Assembly (NCBI GenBank): GCA_951406725.2
Contig: OX597824.1
Location: 56,978,001 to 57,042,000 of the forward strand
Reading direction: 5' to 3'
Source: Octopus vulgaris
Taxonomy: Eukaryota
Length of the DNA: 64,000 nucleotides
The notes under the pieces are model-generated. The model saw only the letters and a program-made list of their open reading frames with translations, had not been told where the DNA came from and made no database searches. Position numbers and translations under genes: made by a program. Positions 41,708 through 57,430 of the stretch are shown in pieces (within the stretch, counting starts at the first letter, position 1; each line of letters starts with the position of its first letter).

Positions 41708-43509
41708 GCATACATATATATATATATATATATATGTACAAAAATATGTGTGTGTGTTTATATATATATATATATAAAGATATATATATGTACATAATAC
41801 ACACACACACACACATATATATGTAATGAGATACGCATACACTCATTTCAATGTAAATCAAATACCAAATGAGAACGTATGTAAACAAACAGGTATATTG
41901 ATAAAGATAGACGACCAGGTGCTTATATATATATATATATATATACTTACACATATACATACATATATACATATCCATAAAAATGTGTGTGTACGAGTGT
42001 GAGTGGTTTGTGAATTTGACATTATTTGACAGTGTGTTGTTGTAAAGGTTTATCAGAGTTTATATAATGTTGTAACAGAGATAAGCTAAACCTCAACTTA
42101 TGCCTCACTGACTCCTCATCAATTCAATAAGGCTTTACCATTTTGTTTTATATTTTATTTCTTTGTTCTTTGAAATTGATTTTGTTTCATTTCTTTTTTA
42201 CTGTTTTCTCTTTAAAACGGATTTAAATGAAGAACAGAACGAATTTGGGTAAAACCAACAAAAACAAAATAAAACGAAGAGAAATACTAAAAAAGTAAAT
42301 GAAAACAATATTCAAATTATATAAATAAAAGATGCCATGATACCAACAAAAGGAATGTGCACGCACACACAAGAATAATCACACACACACACACACACAT
42401 ACACAGAAATAAATATGCATAGAGAAATCACACACAGGGATACACATAAACACATACACATACACATAAACACGCACATACGCATACGCGCGAATATAAA
42501 GAAAAAGGACACTGTGAAAACGCGGAAAATATTTACAACAACAACAGCGCTGGGAAGTAGGCTCCGTGTAACTGATAAAGTTCCAAAGTAAAAAGGATGA
42601 AATATTGCTTCGTTATTGTGAAAAGATGTCTCCCACAGTAAGAGATAAAGCACGAACAGCGAAGCTCTGTAACGGTGTCTCTTTAAAACAGAAAATGAAA
42701 GGAGTAACAACAACAACAATAGTCACGACAACATCAACAACATCAGCAACAACAATAATAATCGCAACAACAAATACGACGACGACGATAACAATAACAA
42801 CAAGAAAATTTACTATTAGATCTAATTCACTATTAGATAACTATGCCAATCACGGATTCCCCATGTGGTCGCTGGACCTTGCAGAAATAGCAGGAACGCT
42901 TACCGCCAATCTAATCACAAGATCTTGTAAAAAAAAAAATGAAAAGGCATACATTATATACTGCTGTCGTACATGAAAAGAAAAAACGTGCTGGGCATGA
43001 GTGGAACTCTTTCACACATAGGCTTGTTTAGAGATGGCCTAGAGCTAAACAACAATTTAAATCAAATGTAGAAAGAGTTGGTATTTTTAAGTTATTGAGC
43101 AAACACTGAATTAGTGTTTCATCGGCCACAATCCTAGAATTTCGTACATGCAACACCAGATTGTCTAAAATACCCTTGCTGTTTAAGAATAAGAACCTCA
43201 TTACAGGATTGGTTTTAAGCAGGCGACCTACAGTTTACTAGGGAGCAAAGGATATCATCAATTGACCAAACTAACCGTTTCCGTGTATAAGACAAAGTAT
43301 TTTATAGAGTGTTGATAAGAAGGATATCAAAGTTTCCTGCACAGCATGGTCTTTTGGTTACATCAGAGCAGAAACCTCATGTCCTGGGATTGCGAGGCTG
43401 CTTGAATATGCTCATATACTCTGGAACAGCATTTAGCTTCATCTAGTGAACAAGGCCTTTGGGCTATTTGGTTTGACCCGGCAAATAAATTTGGATTAAT
43501 TCCGCTGGC

Positions 43510-43622
43510 ACATGGTTCCGGGTTCAGTCCCATTGCGTGGTACCTTGGACAAGTGTCTTCTACTCTAGCCTCGGGCCGACTAAAGCCTTATGAATAAATT
43601 TGGTAGACAGAAACTGAAAGAA
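43510..43622 (+). mobile_element. SINE family B fragment
   Basis: CATGGTTCCGGGTTCAGTCCC...GTAGACAGAAACTGAAAG. Confidence 0.8.
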
Positions 43623-43992
43623 ACATGTATATATGTGTGTGACCAACAGCTTTCCTTATGTCTCCTGGAATTTATATTTATATCTGCATCTTTATGGATG
43701 GATTTACCTTCTATGAGAAGTTAACAATCATTTAAAAAACTTTTTTTAAAAACTGTGGATTATTAGGAAACATTTAAGTCTGCTTATTATCTGGCTTTAA
43801 ATTCATAGAACTCTTAATACTTCATAATAGATAGTTACATTCTCTAGGATGTCTGGAAAACATATATGTGATTTAGCTGATGAATACTGGACATTGTATT
43901 TGCTGCAATATTTGCAGCTTTAAATAAAATGTTCTTAGTACGAAACAATTGTACTAAACTATTAATCCATTCTTATTGCTTTTTTCCTTGGT

Positions 43993-44024
<32 letters not shown>

Positions 44025-44758
44025 GCCTGCTCGCTTAGCCAGCGCGGTGGCGTCATTTGAAGGCTAAAACAATGCGAAGCGCATTGTGACCAGCGATGTG
44101 TAGCAACATCTGATAGCCTGGTCAGTCACAGTGATCACGGTGATATATATATATATATATACTCTGCAACATGTATTGAACACTCATTTATCATTTGTTC
44201 AGCACATATGCAATGTACATGCACACACACACACAGACACACACACACATATACACGCATACCCACACATTTATATATATATACACGTACACACATACAC
44301 ACATATATACACGCACACCCATATATATATATATACACGCACTTACACACATATATATATACACGCACGCACACACACATACACATATATACACGCACAC
44401 CCACATACACGTATATATATAATACTTATTCACATTATTGAGGATTAAAAGCTAATTTTTGTGTGTATAAGGAATTACTTTTTAAAAGAATATTTATGAA
44501 TAAAAGGGACATTTTTAGTATATTAAATATTGTAAGATTAATCACATCTATTTTTATGAACCTCGTATAACTGCTTAAATGGAAATTGTGTTTTGGGGGT
44601 CACAGCTGTCGAAAATCGGTTATTCAGTAACTGTTGCACACCGATAGTTTGGAGATCTTTAACGAAGCAAGTGGATTTTCTGACCGCCTTAAATCAGGGT
44701 AGTTAGAGGAACTACTATAATAATGAAGTGATACATTGAACATGAAGGATAAAGAAAT

Positions 44759-45498
44759 GTTAGTTAGTTAGTTAGTTAGTTAATTTGGCTCAAAAGCAAA
44801 TAGCAAGGCCATGTAGGGGGACATGGAGTTAAGTACAGGGTGGTGTTCATGTAAAGAGTTCAGGCCACTTGAGGTCCAGGGAGGCTTTGAACAAAGCGGT
44901 CGTCGGCATCTTTACCATCTCGTCTGGCAGCTTGTTCCACGGATCCGCAACCCGGACGGAGAAAGCTCCTCTCCTTCGATTGAGATGAAATCGTCGCAGG
45001 TAGAGCTTTTCGGAATGACCCCGCAGCCGACGCTCTGGAGCAGGAGTGAAGAACAGCTCTTTCGGGAGGTTACACTTTCCGCTTATGATGTTGTGGGCGA
45101 GAATGAGATCACCACGGCGGCGGCGTTTTTCAAGAGAATAAAGGTGGAGCGTCCTCAGCCTTTCTTCGTAGGACAAATTTTTGAGACCATGAACCATGCG
45201 GGTAGCCAGCTTCTGGACTCTTTCGAGATGCTGTATGTCTTTGAGGAGATAAGGAGAAGAGGCTTGAATCCCATACTCCAATATGGGTCTCACCAGCGTG
45301 ACATAGAGTGGTAGGAATATGGCTGCTGTGAGCATTCCGAATGACCGTCGAATCAAGAACAGAATTCCGCGTGCTTTGTTGGCAGCATGGACGCACTGGG
45401 CTGAAGGCGAAAAGGAGGAATCCACCAAGATACCTAGGTCCTTTACCTGATCGGTCCTCTCCAGCAGCAGACGACCCGGCTCGAAATCAAGTTGAGTT
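44759..45498 (-). mobile_element. CR1-clade LINE, 5'-truncated, open ORF2 C-terminus
   Basis: ORF 44847-45428: LYVTLVRPILEY, LERVQKLATRMV, SYEERL, RRRRGDLI, RLRGH, FSVRVADPWNKLP; short 3'UTR with hairpin CCATGT-N6-ACATGG and (AACT)n tail. Confidence 0.93.
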
Positions 45499-46609
45499 TA
45501 TTTAAATGACCATCATCGAGCGACGTTCCACATAAATATTACTTATTGATCGGCGTCACTACCATAAACGAGAGACTAAAACAGTTTGAATTTATGGGTT
45601 ATATGTGGAACGTAAAAAAAAAAATCCGCACGTTTCTCGAAAAATAGAAACAAAAGAAAATGACGAACCCACTTTGAGTTTGTTTTACAAACGTAAAAAG
45701 TCCTGTGTTCAGAAATATTGTGATGAGAAGGAATCTAATTTGTTCAGTTCCAAGGGCTGATTGTGTGTCTGGTCAACGAGGTAAGAATTCCACGCAGACA
45801 ACATGAAGTCAAAAGTTAAGCAGGGTTGTGGTGATGTTATATTTTGGGTTAACATAGCATCACTTTCAGAAAAATGTTACCGGTACCAAATATAAAGGCC
45901 ATAATGAATAGTGTTGCACATTTAAAGATCTTAAGGGAGACTATGTTTTTATGTATCAAGAGTCGAGTCGGTGGAGGATTTTTCAGTATGGTAACCACCC
46001 GAAACAGAAATAATCAAGGAACTCATCAAATGTAATATGAATTCGGATTTTAAAATCAAAAGATTTATGGAAAGACACCGATATGAGTTCTCAGCAAAAT
46101 ACGGAAAATTCAAATATATGATTATACTGCTAAAAAATCGTAAGTTCCAGATAATGTAATAATCAAACTTATTGAGTAAATACTTTATTGAGGTGATGCC
46201 ATTTTCAAAAATTCCAGAGGTATCTAACCATGTATTTTCCTCCACCTGTAAATGCCCACATTAGATTTTATTAAAAAGAAAAAATTATTTTAAATGTTCT
46301 TAAATTGACTCTTATTTTGTTGTCATTAATAATGAATTGAATTAAATTAACTTCATGTTTTCATATTAAAACTTATAACATTTAAAGGGGTTAAGAAATT
46401 CACTTTTATATTGTACATTAGTTTGCATCATAAAACATTAAACCAGCAGAAATAACATTTATTCATTAGTTTACTGTTTGTCTTTAAATTCACATCAAAG
46501 TACATACACATGTGTTTATGTGTGATTGTGTGTATATGTGTACGTGCGCGCGCATGTATATGTATGTGTATGAATGTGTGCATATAGAGACACACATACG
46601 TTCACATAC

Positions 46610-46651
<42 letters not shown>

Positions 46652-47012
46652 AAACCCTCTAATCTATTGTTGTGGTTTATTTTTTTTCAGTCATCAAAAG
46701 ATGCTAAGAAAAAGGAAAGTGGGAAAGAAGATGCAGCATGGACGAGCCACTGATGCTGTTCCTTCCGTCTAGCTACCGCCCGCTGTTAAGTGGTGATTAA
46801 AATGTCATTGGCAGTAAGCTGAAACCTGGCACCAGGAATGGATTTACCATCAAATGGTCACCCCTGGGCAGCAAGACTCTTGCCCCACTTTACAAATGTT
46901 AGTCATTAGGATCAATTCCTACTGGAACCCACAGATCTAATATGCAGATGTCATATCGCTTCTATGTATGTTTGTATATATGTATAATTGTGTGTGCGCG
47001 TGTGTGTGTGTG

Positions 47013-47045
<33 letters not shown>

Positions 47046-47048
47046 GTA

Positions 47049-47125
<77 letters not shown>

Positions 47126-47216
47126 TATATATACATAGATATATACACACACACACGAATGCTTGTACTTTTCTTTCTATGCATTACGTATGATATATAT
47201 ATATATAATACATAAA

Positions 47217-47290
<74 letters not shown>

Positions 47291-47335
47291 GTATCTATCT
47301 ATCTATGTATCTATGTATCTATCTATCTATCTATC

Positions 47336-47910
47336 GTTGCTCTCAAGCAACTCTGCCGTCCCGGTCGACCTTGAGTGACTTCAACACAACCAAAGCATTC
47401 TATAGGGGATTAGTGAATGTAGCAAGGATGGCACGTATGAATGACGATGCCACCTTGACTATGATTCTATGAACCATAAAAATTAATACAGAGAGTTACT
47501 TATTTGCAAAAAAAAAAAGAAATATAACATGTGACTTCATTGACCGAGGTTACTGTGGTCTTTTCCGTAGGCTTTTCTTACCACGGGTAAACCTCACCTG
47601 TCCTCCCCTTTTACACTTCATATTGACATTTCTGTGATAACGATCCCTATTGATCAATTTTTTTCCTTTCCCCTTTTTTCCCCTCTCCCCACCTTTTTTA
47701 AAAATTTTATTCCCCCCTTTTTTTGTCCTCTTTCTTTCCCTTTACGATCCCTTTTGATCGAAAACCAAACCCCCTTTTTTACCCCCAAAAGAAAAGCTCT
47801 ACCTTGTAATTTGTCCTGTCTGTGTGCAGCCCTGTGTGGCTAATAAAGAAACATATCTATCCATCCATCCATCCATCCATCCATCTATCAATATATCTAT
47901 CTATCTATCC

Positions 47911-47986
<76 letters not shown>

Positions 47987-47999
47987 GTCTGTCTCTCTG

Positions 48000-48052
<53 letters not shown>

Positions 48053-48065
48053 CTATCAGTCTGCC

Positions 48066-48163
<98 letters not shown>

Positions 48164-48226
48164 CCTTGTAATTTGTTCTGTCTGTGTGCAGCCCTGTGTG
48201 GTTAATAAAGAAACATATCTATCTAT
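47336..48226 (+). mobile_element. LINE 3' end copy 2 plus a re-duplicated terminal 60 bp, in (ATCT)n
   Basis: 47449-47858 matches 2784-3188; ORF end ...VNVARMARMNDDATLTMIL*; tail repeated at 48161-48226. Confidence 0.65.
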
Positions 48227-48769
48227 CAAGGGACTTAATCAGGCCGAGACTATGATGCCATGCAGTTAAACCGACCGCAGAACTATTTGGTTGCAAATCA
48301 AGTTTCTTAACCACACCACCATGCCTGTATCCATTGATTTTGGATGCTGTCTCAGACAAGAGACACTTCATCCTGATCATATTATTCACTTCCGCTTCCG
48401 TTTCTGTTCTATAAGTTTTTTCTTCAAAGGAATTCTTTATTCTCCATATTACCGTTTATTTCTTCAAACAGAAACCTCGGACAAGAATAAAATAAGCAAG
48501 TGAAAACTGTAGTAGCACACGATGAGAATAACGTCAATGTGGTTTTGACATTAAAACTATCGAGTTACTTGAAACAGAGCATGACTAAGCCAGTCGTTAG
48601 GGGATGGTGCTGGGAATGGTAGGGAACCAGTCACAGATGAGAATTAAGATTATTTACCTCTCTATAGATATTTAACACCATCCTAATTTTGGTTTCGGTT
48701 TGATCCACGGCAAAAATGACATTGACAGATAGTTCGCAGTTAAAGAGAAAACTGCTGGTTGCTTGGTGG

Positions 48770-48834
<65 letters not shown>

Positions 48835-48882
48835 CAACAACAACAACAACAATAATAACAATAATAAAAAATAAATAAATAA

Positions 48883-48937
<55 letters not shown>

Positions 48938-49068
48938 TAACAAAGATAAAAACAATAAAGAGCTGAAATAAATTAATATACAAATAAATAAATAAACACT
49001 ACACTGTTTAAGGCATGGTCAAAACGGTGATATATTATCTTTCCTCTTCTTACAATACATTACTTGTT

Positions 49069-49890
49069 GCGGCGAGCTGGCAGAAACGTTAGCACTCCGG
49101 GCGAAATGCTTTGTGGTATTTCGTCCACCGCTGCGTTCAAATTCCGCCGAGGTCGACTTTGCCTTTCATCCTTTCGTGGTCGATAAATTAAGAACCAGTT
49201 ACGCACTGGGGTCGATGTAATCGACTTAATCCGTTCGTCTGTCCTTGTTTGTCCTCTCTGTGTTTAGCCCCTAGTGGGTTTGTAAAGACATAAGTATTTT
49301 ATCGGTCCTTACATTCTGAGTTCCGCTGAGGTCGAGTTTCGTTTCATCCTTTTGGGGTCGATAAATTAAGTACCAGTGAAATACTAGGGTCGACATAATC
49401 GACTCATTCTCTCCCCAGAAATTGCTGCCCTTGTGGAAAAATTTGAACCCATTATTATTATTACTGGGTGAGAGAGCAGCACACGCCAAGTGACGTTGAG
49501 GAAAAATATGCGAAGCTCAATATACCCATCATAACGACACGTCTGATATGGGTACACCAGGCACATGCATCACAACCACATATCCGCGACGTAGTGACCT
49601 CGTAACAATATAAATAGTGCATGACCTTGCAGCTGGGGTCCAGTTAGAACTTTCTTCAGGGCTAGTAGCCCAACCCGCTCAAGAGAATCCCCGAATAATT
49701 ATCATTATTATTACTATCGAAAGAGCGGCGAGCTGGCAGAATCGTTAAGACGGCAGGCAAAATGCTTAGCGGCATTTCGTCCGTCATTATGTTCTGAGTT
49801 CAAATTCCTCCGCAGTTGACTTTGACTTTGATCGTTTCAGAGTCAATAAATAAGTACCAGTGAAGTACTGAGTCGTTGTAATCGACTAGC
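49069..49890 (+). mobile_element. Cluster of SINE family A copies around another repeat
   Basis: Copies at 49069-49293, 49310-49462 and 49725-49890; unrelated 49466-49698 insert bounded by (ATT)n. Confidence 0.8.
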
Positions 49891-49921
49891 CCCCTTGTGG
49901 ATGTGGTGTTGGTGATGATGT

Positions 49922-49974
<53 letters not shown>

Positions 49975-50429
49975 GTAATACTGCTGTTGATGTTGATGAT
50001 GATGATATTAGACATTAAAAGCAATTTCATTTTTATAACAGTAATTCCAAGATAGTTAGTAGCAGAGTTGGTAGAGCATCGGACGAAATGATTTGCGGTA
50101 TTTAGTTGTGGTTTATTTTTTTACGTTCTGTATTCACAACTGAACGCGGTCAGTTTCGCCCCCTATCCCTCCGAGGTTAGTAAACAAAGTAGTAAGAACG
50201 ATTCAATCGTCTCTACCTTACCAATCCAAATGTGTGACCCTGTATCTCTGTCAGAAATAGCAATTGTGAAGATAGACGTAACACCATTTCTCAAACACAC
50301 TTCCCTAACACATCATGGCAGCCATATTGAGATTCGAACTTGCAGAAAGTTTGAATAGACATGACTTTTGCTGAAGCATACATCGTTTATGATTGAATAG
50401 GTTTCTGCTAAAGTGTATGTATATGTATA

Positions 50430-50501
<72 letters not shown>

Positions 50502-50639
50502 ACACACACACACACACACACACAGAACCACACACACACACACACACACACACGCTCTCTCTCTCTCACACAAATATTCACGCATAAGCGATTATATTTC
50601 TCTTTTTTCTCTCTGTCTATATAAGCACATACATATATA

Positions 50640-50849
50640 CTCTCTTTTACTCTTTTACTTCTTTCAGTCATTTGACTGCGGCCGTGCTGGAGCACCGCCT
50701 ATAGTCGAACAAATCGACCCCAGGACTTATTCTTTGGAAGCCCAGTACTTATTCTCTCGGTCTCTTTTGCCGAACCGCTAAGTTACGGGGCCGTAAACAC
50801 ACCACCATCGGTTGTCAAGCGATGTTGGGGGACAAACAAAGCCATATAA

Positions 50850-50930
<81 letters not shown>

Positions 50931-51098
50931 AATACGAAGGGCTTCTTTCAGTTTCCGTCTACCAAATCCACTCACAAGGCTTTGGTCGGCCCGAGGCTAT
51001 AGTAGAAGACACTTGCCCAAGATGCCACGCAGTGGGAATGAACCCGGAACCATGTGGTTCGTAAGCAAGCTACTTACCACTCAGCCACTAATGCGCCT
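50640..51098 (-). mobile_element. SINE family B, full length
   Basis: Matches 19531-20023 on both sides of the internal microsatellite. Confidence 0.9.
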
Positions 51099-51135
51099 AT
51101 AAAAGAGTAAGTCAGTAAGTTATAATATAATAAAT

Positions 51136-51180
<45 letters not shown>

Positions 51181-51507
51181 CAGTGCATATATGTATACAC
51201 ACACATATATAAATATATATATATACATAATATATCAAGATTCAGTTGAGTAAGGTACTTAAAGGTAAGGCACCGGGTTAGGTCAGAATAAAATATTAAC
51301 AGAGCAATTATAGACGAATAGCAACATCGGTAGAGATGTTCTGGCAGAAGGATATTCAGGTTATGTAAGCAATTAATTGAACCCAACTGTGTGTGTGTGT
51401 ATACATCATCTCTTGAGCTATTCAGAAAAGCACATTTTATTAGATATACGGTGTATTACATACTTCAAAACACTATGGTGCAGGTTCTGAGAGAGATGAC
51501 TTATAAA

Positions 51508-51690
51508 TAAATATCATCCGATGGATAGGTGTTACTTTACTACAGCCGTTTCTAACGAATTTTTTAATTGAACATTATAAAACACGCTTTCATCAAATAA
51601 AAACGCTGTTCTATAATGATATAATGTAGTCAGTGATCAATTAAAAAATTCGTTAGAAACGGCTGCAAGGAATTGACACTTCTCCATCGG
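51508..51690. repeat. Fold-back module with degenerate HHR-like motif
   Basis: CAGCCGTTTCTAACGAATTTTTTAATTGA (51543-51571) inverted at 51637-51665; minus UUGAUGA...GAAA-CGGCUG-UA. Confidence 0.6.
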
Positions 51691-51699
51691 TTCACTTCT

Positions 51700-51945
51700 T
51701 CAATTCCATCGCTTCCCATCTCTATTTGGCTTTTATTTGGCCTTGTGATACGTCTTCACACGGTTCATTTTTAAGCCTGCTGCTGAACTATGACAGTTCT
51801 GTCTGCAGGATATGCAGCTGTGAATCAGAGGTGTGTTAGTAGCTTGCCATGATGCTCACACTACCTTTTCAGTTAATGTCCTTAATGACCATTTCTAGAA
51901 ATGCGGTGAAGAGCTTTGGAGAGACCTGTTACTTTGGAGTTTCTG
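51700..51945 (-). mobile_element. RTE-like RT fragment
   Basis: Minus VSPKLFTAFLEMVIKDIN*KG...LTHL*F resembles SPKLFTAxLE...LxHLRFADD. Confidence 0.6.
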
Positions 51946-52539
51946 AGCACTGAAAATACATATATATATTCCACATGAACATACAGGCTCGCACCTCCCC
52001 CAGACACAAAGAAGAAACACGCTATTACTGGATTATTATAAAACTGTTATGCGAATTTAAATTTCACTATCGTCAGAATTCAACTGTAAAAAGAATATCT
52101 GGAAGGACTTATTTCGTTTTGAAAAGAGGTTTATTCTTATGATTCTCAATTTTCAACATGTTCACCCTCGTGATTCGATTCTGAAGTTACAGAAATACGT
52201 CTTATAGGCTGAATCACGTTAGTTTTAGCTATATTAAAAGTCATCCATCGAACAAAGTCTAGATGAACAAACAGTTATCTTCAGATGTTTGCACCCATAG
52301 ACATCTACTGGAATCAAGTTTGGTGATTGAGCAAACTACTAGCACTTTTTCATTGACAGGGAATTTTTCATTCAGAAATTGTTTCGCTCTGAGAACAAAT
52401 GAACAAGGCTTACGTCCATGTTAATATGATGTATCCCATACCATGTCTGTATTATGCCAAATTGGGGAAACTATAAAATTAAATATAGAGCACGTAGTCT
52501 ATGTATTATGTATATGAGCGTGTGTACGCGTGCTCGTGT

Positions 52540-52585
<46 letters not shown>

Positions 52586-52662
52586 GTATATGTATATAAT
52601 TGTATGTATGTATGTATGTATGTATGCATGCATGCATGTATGTATGCATGCATGCATGTATG

Positions 52663-52742
<80 letters not shown>

Positions 52743-52760
52743 CATATATATATATATATG

Positions 52761-53745
52761 CAAGGTGCATAAGGTATTTGAGGACATACCATTTTTGGGT
52801 CATTGCTGCATTTTTTGCTAACTCTGTATAACCTTTCAAAGTTTGTAAGGAGCTAGAGACTGACGATGGAAATGCATAAACAGTATCAAAACATAAAAAG
52901 CATTCTAAACGCTCTGAAATCATCAGAACACCTGAATTTATCCAGCAAGTTGAACAGACCATTGATTACAATCCCAGAAAGTCCATGAGGTCAATTGCAA
53001 AAGATCTCCATGTGTCAGAAGGAACAGTCAGAAATGTCCATGAAGACATTAGATCAAAAAAGTTAACAGAATAAAATAACAGATGATTATGTGCAGACCC
53101 TTCTGAATTTCCAAGTGTTATACTTACAATATTCCCTGCAACTGTCATGTTTTTAGGGGTTGTCAGCAATAAAGGACATGTGATGCCTACTTACTTCTTT
53201 CTATAAGTGATGCCTACTTACTTCTTTCTCTAAAGCCTTAGAGTTAACTCTGCTGCCTACATTGAAGTCCTGGAAATAATTGTCAAGCGCTGGATAGACA
53301 GTGTATGCAATGGAAGGCCATATGTGTTTCAGTAAGACCCATGGCTCTAATAACACAAGAATGGATGGCTGAAAATTTTCATGATCACATAACCCCTAAC
53401 ATTTGGCCTCCTAATCCCCTAGATCTCAATCTATTGGACTATTACATATGGAGCGTGGTTGAGAGAGAGGCCAATGAACACACCCATAGCACAAAGGATT
53501 CTTTAAAAGCTGCCATAGTCAGAGTAATGTCCAAAATGAACCAGGACCACTTGATTCGAGCATCTAGATGATTTAGATCTCATCTAGAAACAGTTGTTGA
53601 AGTTGAAGGTGGCTTTCTTGAATAACATTATAGAAAAGGTTTATTTTTATCCTTATAGCATTTTTTGATAAATAAAGTTATTATCTGTTATTATATATGT
53701 TTTATTATAAACATAAATCTGACTTCAGATATCTTGCGCACCCTG
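52761..53745 (+). mobile_element. Degenerate maT/DD37D-like transposon with diverged TIRs
   Basis: CAAGGTGCATAAGGTATTTGAGG versus reverse complement CAGGGTGCGCAAGATATCTGAAG; WPPNPLDLNLLDYYIWSVVE in ORF 53305-53571. Confidence 0.85.
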
Positions 53746-54157
53746 TATATATATGTGTATACATATATGCGCGTGTGTATGTCTGTGAATGTGTGCTCGT
53801 ATGTATGTCTAATTAATGAATTTAACCTAACTGCTGATAAACAGAAATGAAAGAGAAAGGAGACGGCCGAAATGAGTAATAACCATTGCGAATGGATTAC
53901 TCCCACTTTAGTAGCTACTCCACATATGTTTAGAAAATCATTCACTTCCGCACACGGGCGTGGTTTGGAATGCCAATGACAAATATATTTCTGTCAGAAA
54001 ACTACGATTAGAGAAGCATAACATTTTTACCCATTAAATTGTTTTGCATCCTCGCCAGCCACCGTCCCAAACAAGACACTAAAGCCGTTTATAACATAAA
54101 GTGAAGGGCGTGTGCGACTAAAGGGACTTAAGATGTCAAAACAGCCGAGTGCATCGC

Positions 54158-54201
<44 letters not shown>

Positions 54202-54224
54202 ACGAATTATGCGTGTTGCGCTGT

Positions 54225-54285
<61 letters not shown>

Positions 54286-55584
54286 CATACATGCATACGT
54301 ACACACACTCACGCACACACACATACAGCGCGCACACGCACACATACATACGCACGCATACACATACATATCAATTTGTGATTTCGTTACTTACAAAAGG
54401 AATCACGAGCCCTAATTAAAGTAAGGTTCTCAACACACCAAAATAGAGGTGTATTTATTAAAAATTTTTGGGAAAGGTACACTTACAATTGCATACCCAG
54501 GGAATTGTTCATTTACGCGGAGAAGAACTAGTCGGGTGTATAGATGAGATACACGTAGGAGGTGAATTTAACTTCTAAAACTGGAAATTCTCGACCTCAC
54601 TACCACCAAATATCTTTTTCAATCATACCATTTATCCATATTCCCAACATAGCAAATATTGTACTTCACAAGCATCCCTTCTGCTTAAGAAATATAAAAT
54701 CCTTCAACCGTACAGAACCACAAACCCTTAAGAAAATTGAGGTAAGATCCACAATGGAGTTCTTACTTCTCTCACATCTAGGACGAAACATCTGCTGCTC
54801 ACAGCCGTCCTAGACAACACCTGGATAAAGGGCACTAGATTGATGGACATAAAGTCACAATCACCAATCTTTACGTTATTGATTTTTCTACCTCTCATTG
54901 ATTTTTGTACTACTACCATAATGGCCTCTAGATTATCTTCACTTGTCACTTTCAGTTGACTCTCCCCTACCTCCCCTACCACCATATACATCGTGTCCAA
55001 CCTTCTCAGATTCATATTTAACCGCTATACCAAATCTTCATTTTACCCTGAATATCATCCCTCTCAAATAACCCCCTGCACATGTTGACTCAATAGCTAC
55101 AGTGAATATAATCAATCTCATAGGGTGTGTGATGGTCATGGGCCTTGCCTCTTCCTCAGACTAAATTCTCAATGTAGCGTCTATAGTCGGTTATTTATTT
55201 TATTAACATGAAAGGAACTTTCCATGTCCCCCTAAACTTGATAGAAATGGATTAAAATTTACAAGAGAAATAAAAAACAGGTAAATGGTAAAATAAATAA
55301 ATAATAGACGATAAAACATATAAAGAAGTGAATAAATATATAAATAGATAAATAAATGAATGACTAGAAGAGCAGGAAATGAAATTGAAAGTAAGCTGCT
55401 AGCAGAAATCGAACGCTTTCCGTTCAATTTTGCAATATTTAAAACCAAAACAAAACGGTAAGAAAGAAATTGAAGATGAAAGAATAGAGCAAAATATAAT
55501 GAAGAAAACTCCCGAGGCCATGTAATTTATGTTGCAGAGATGTAATAATAATAATAATAATAATAATGATGATGATGATAATAA

Positions 55585-55660
<76 letters not shown>

Positions 55661-56217
55661 TTACTAATGACATAGCGGAGATTTATTTGTGTTTTCTGTT
55701 CATATCATTGTCATGTGATTTTCTTTACAGTATTTTTTTTTACATTTCTTTGTATTTAATTTATTTTCAGATTGTTATCAGTTCATTTATATTTATTTTT
55801 TAATATTTTTTCTTCCATCTTGCTTACAATTCATTTCGCTATGTTTAGAGTATGAATAGTTGAATGGTGAAGTTGACGAACAAAATGGCGGAAGAATAAA
55901 ACGAATGCTTCTTTGCTTGCGCCGAAAGGCAAATTAATTTCGCCGGGAAACAGGAAAACTTTGTTTAAAAGATTTTTCTAATAACTGGAATCTCTTTTAT
56001 GGAGGCCATTACAAGAAGACGAGCAGATAAGCAATATATATGCATCATAGTTGACAATCAACGTTAATCTCTGTAGTCATACGAAATACGATGGATATCA
56101 ACAAAGAATAAATGGCTGCAAATATATGTATACAGGAACACACACACGCACGCATGCACGCACACACACTCACACACACACACACACGAATATATGTGTG
56201 TGTATATATATATATAT

Positions 56218-56319
<102 letters not shown>

Positions 56320-56386
56320 TATATATATACTTATGTATGATATATATATGTGTGTGTGTGTATGTGTTTGTGTGTGCGTGTGTATG

Positions 56387-56427
<41 letters not shown>

Positions 56428-56744
56428 ACGCACACACATACTCATCAAAATTCACACGCTCAGACATATAGATCCTCAATATATAATGGTCTGAAAATAC
56501 ACACACAAATACAATTACAACCACATATGCACATACATTCGCACCCACAAACATGCAGATATGTGTTCGCGTGTACATACATTAACTTACATCCAATGTG
56601 AATTTAATCCTTACCCGAATGTCGATGTGTGTGTGTTTATGTGTCTGTGTTTGTGCATTCGTAAATGTGTGCAAAAATTAACAAGTTAAGTTATTGACTG
56701 ATGCAATAAAAAAACAAGCGCTTGTGTGTGTGTGTTTATACTCA

Positions 56745-56797
<53 letters not shown>

Positions 56798-56815
56798 ACA
56801 TATCTACATCTATAA

Positions 56816-56955
<140 letters not shown>

Positions 56956-57226
56956 TATGCATACATTTTATAGATTGTCTATAAAATGTATGCAGTGAAT
57001 GTAATAAATAGAGAAATTAATTCAAATTTTAATGAAAATTGTATCTGAAATACCATCTCACTTCTATAACAACCATTAAAACTACAACATAAACAACATT
57101 CTGAATCACAACACCAACAGTAACAACAAGATTAGAATTTAATCAGATTTAATACAATTTTTTTCTTCAAGTATTTGTGGTTATCAGATTTGTAAACTTT
57201 ATATTTGTTTCTTATTTAAATAACCT

Positions 57227-57277
<51 letters not shown>

Positions 57278-57343
57278 CACGCACATACACAGATACACAC
57301 AGAGATACATTCAAATATATACATATATGAATATACATACACA

Positions 57344-57430
<87 letters not shown>

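Noticed and set aside
44823-45314. 163-aa plus-strand ORF
   Set aside because: Antisense to the CR1 ORF2.
46671-46800. Possible host exon after polypyrimidine tract plus CAG
   Set aside because: Short frames with early stops, no recognisable domain and no partner exons.
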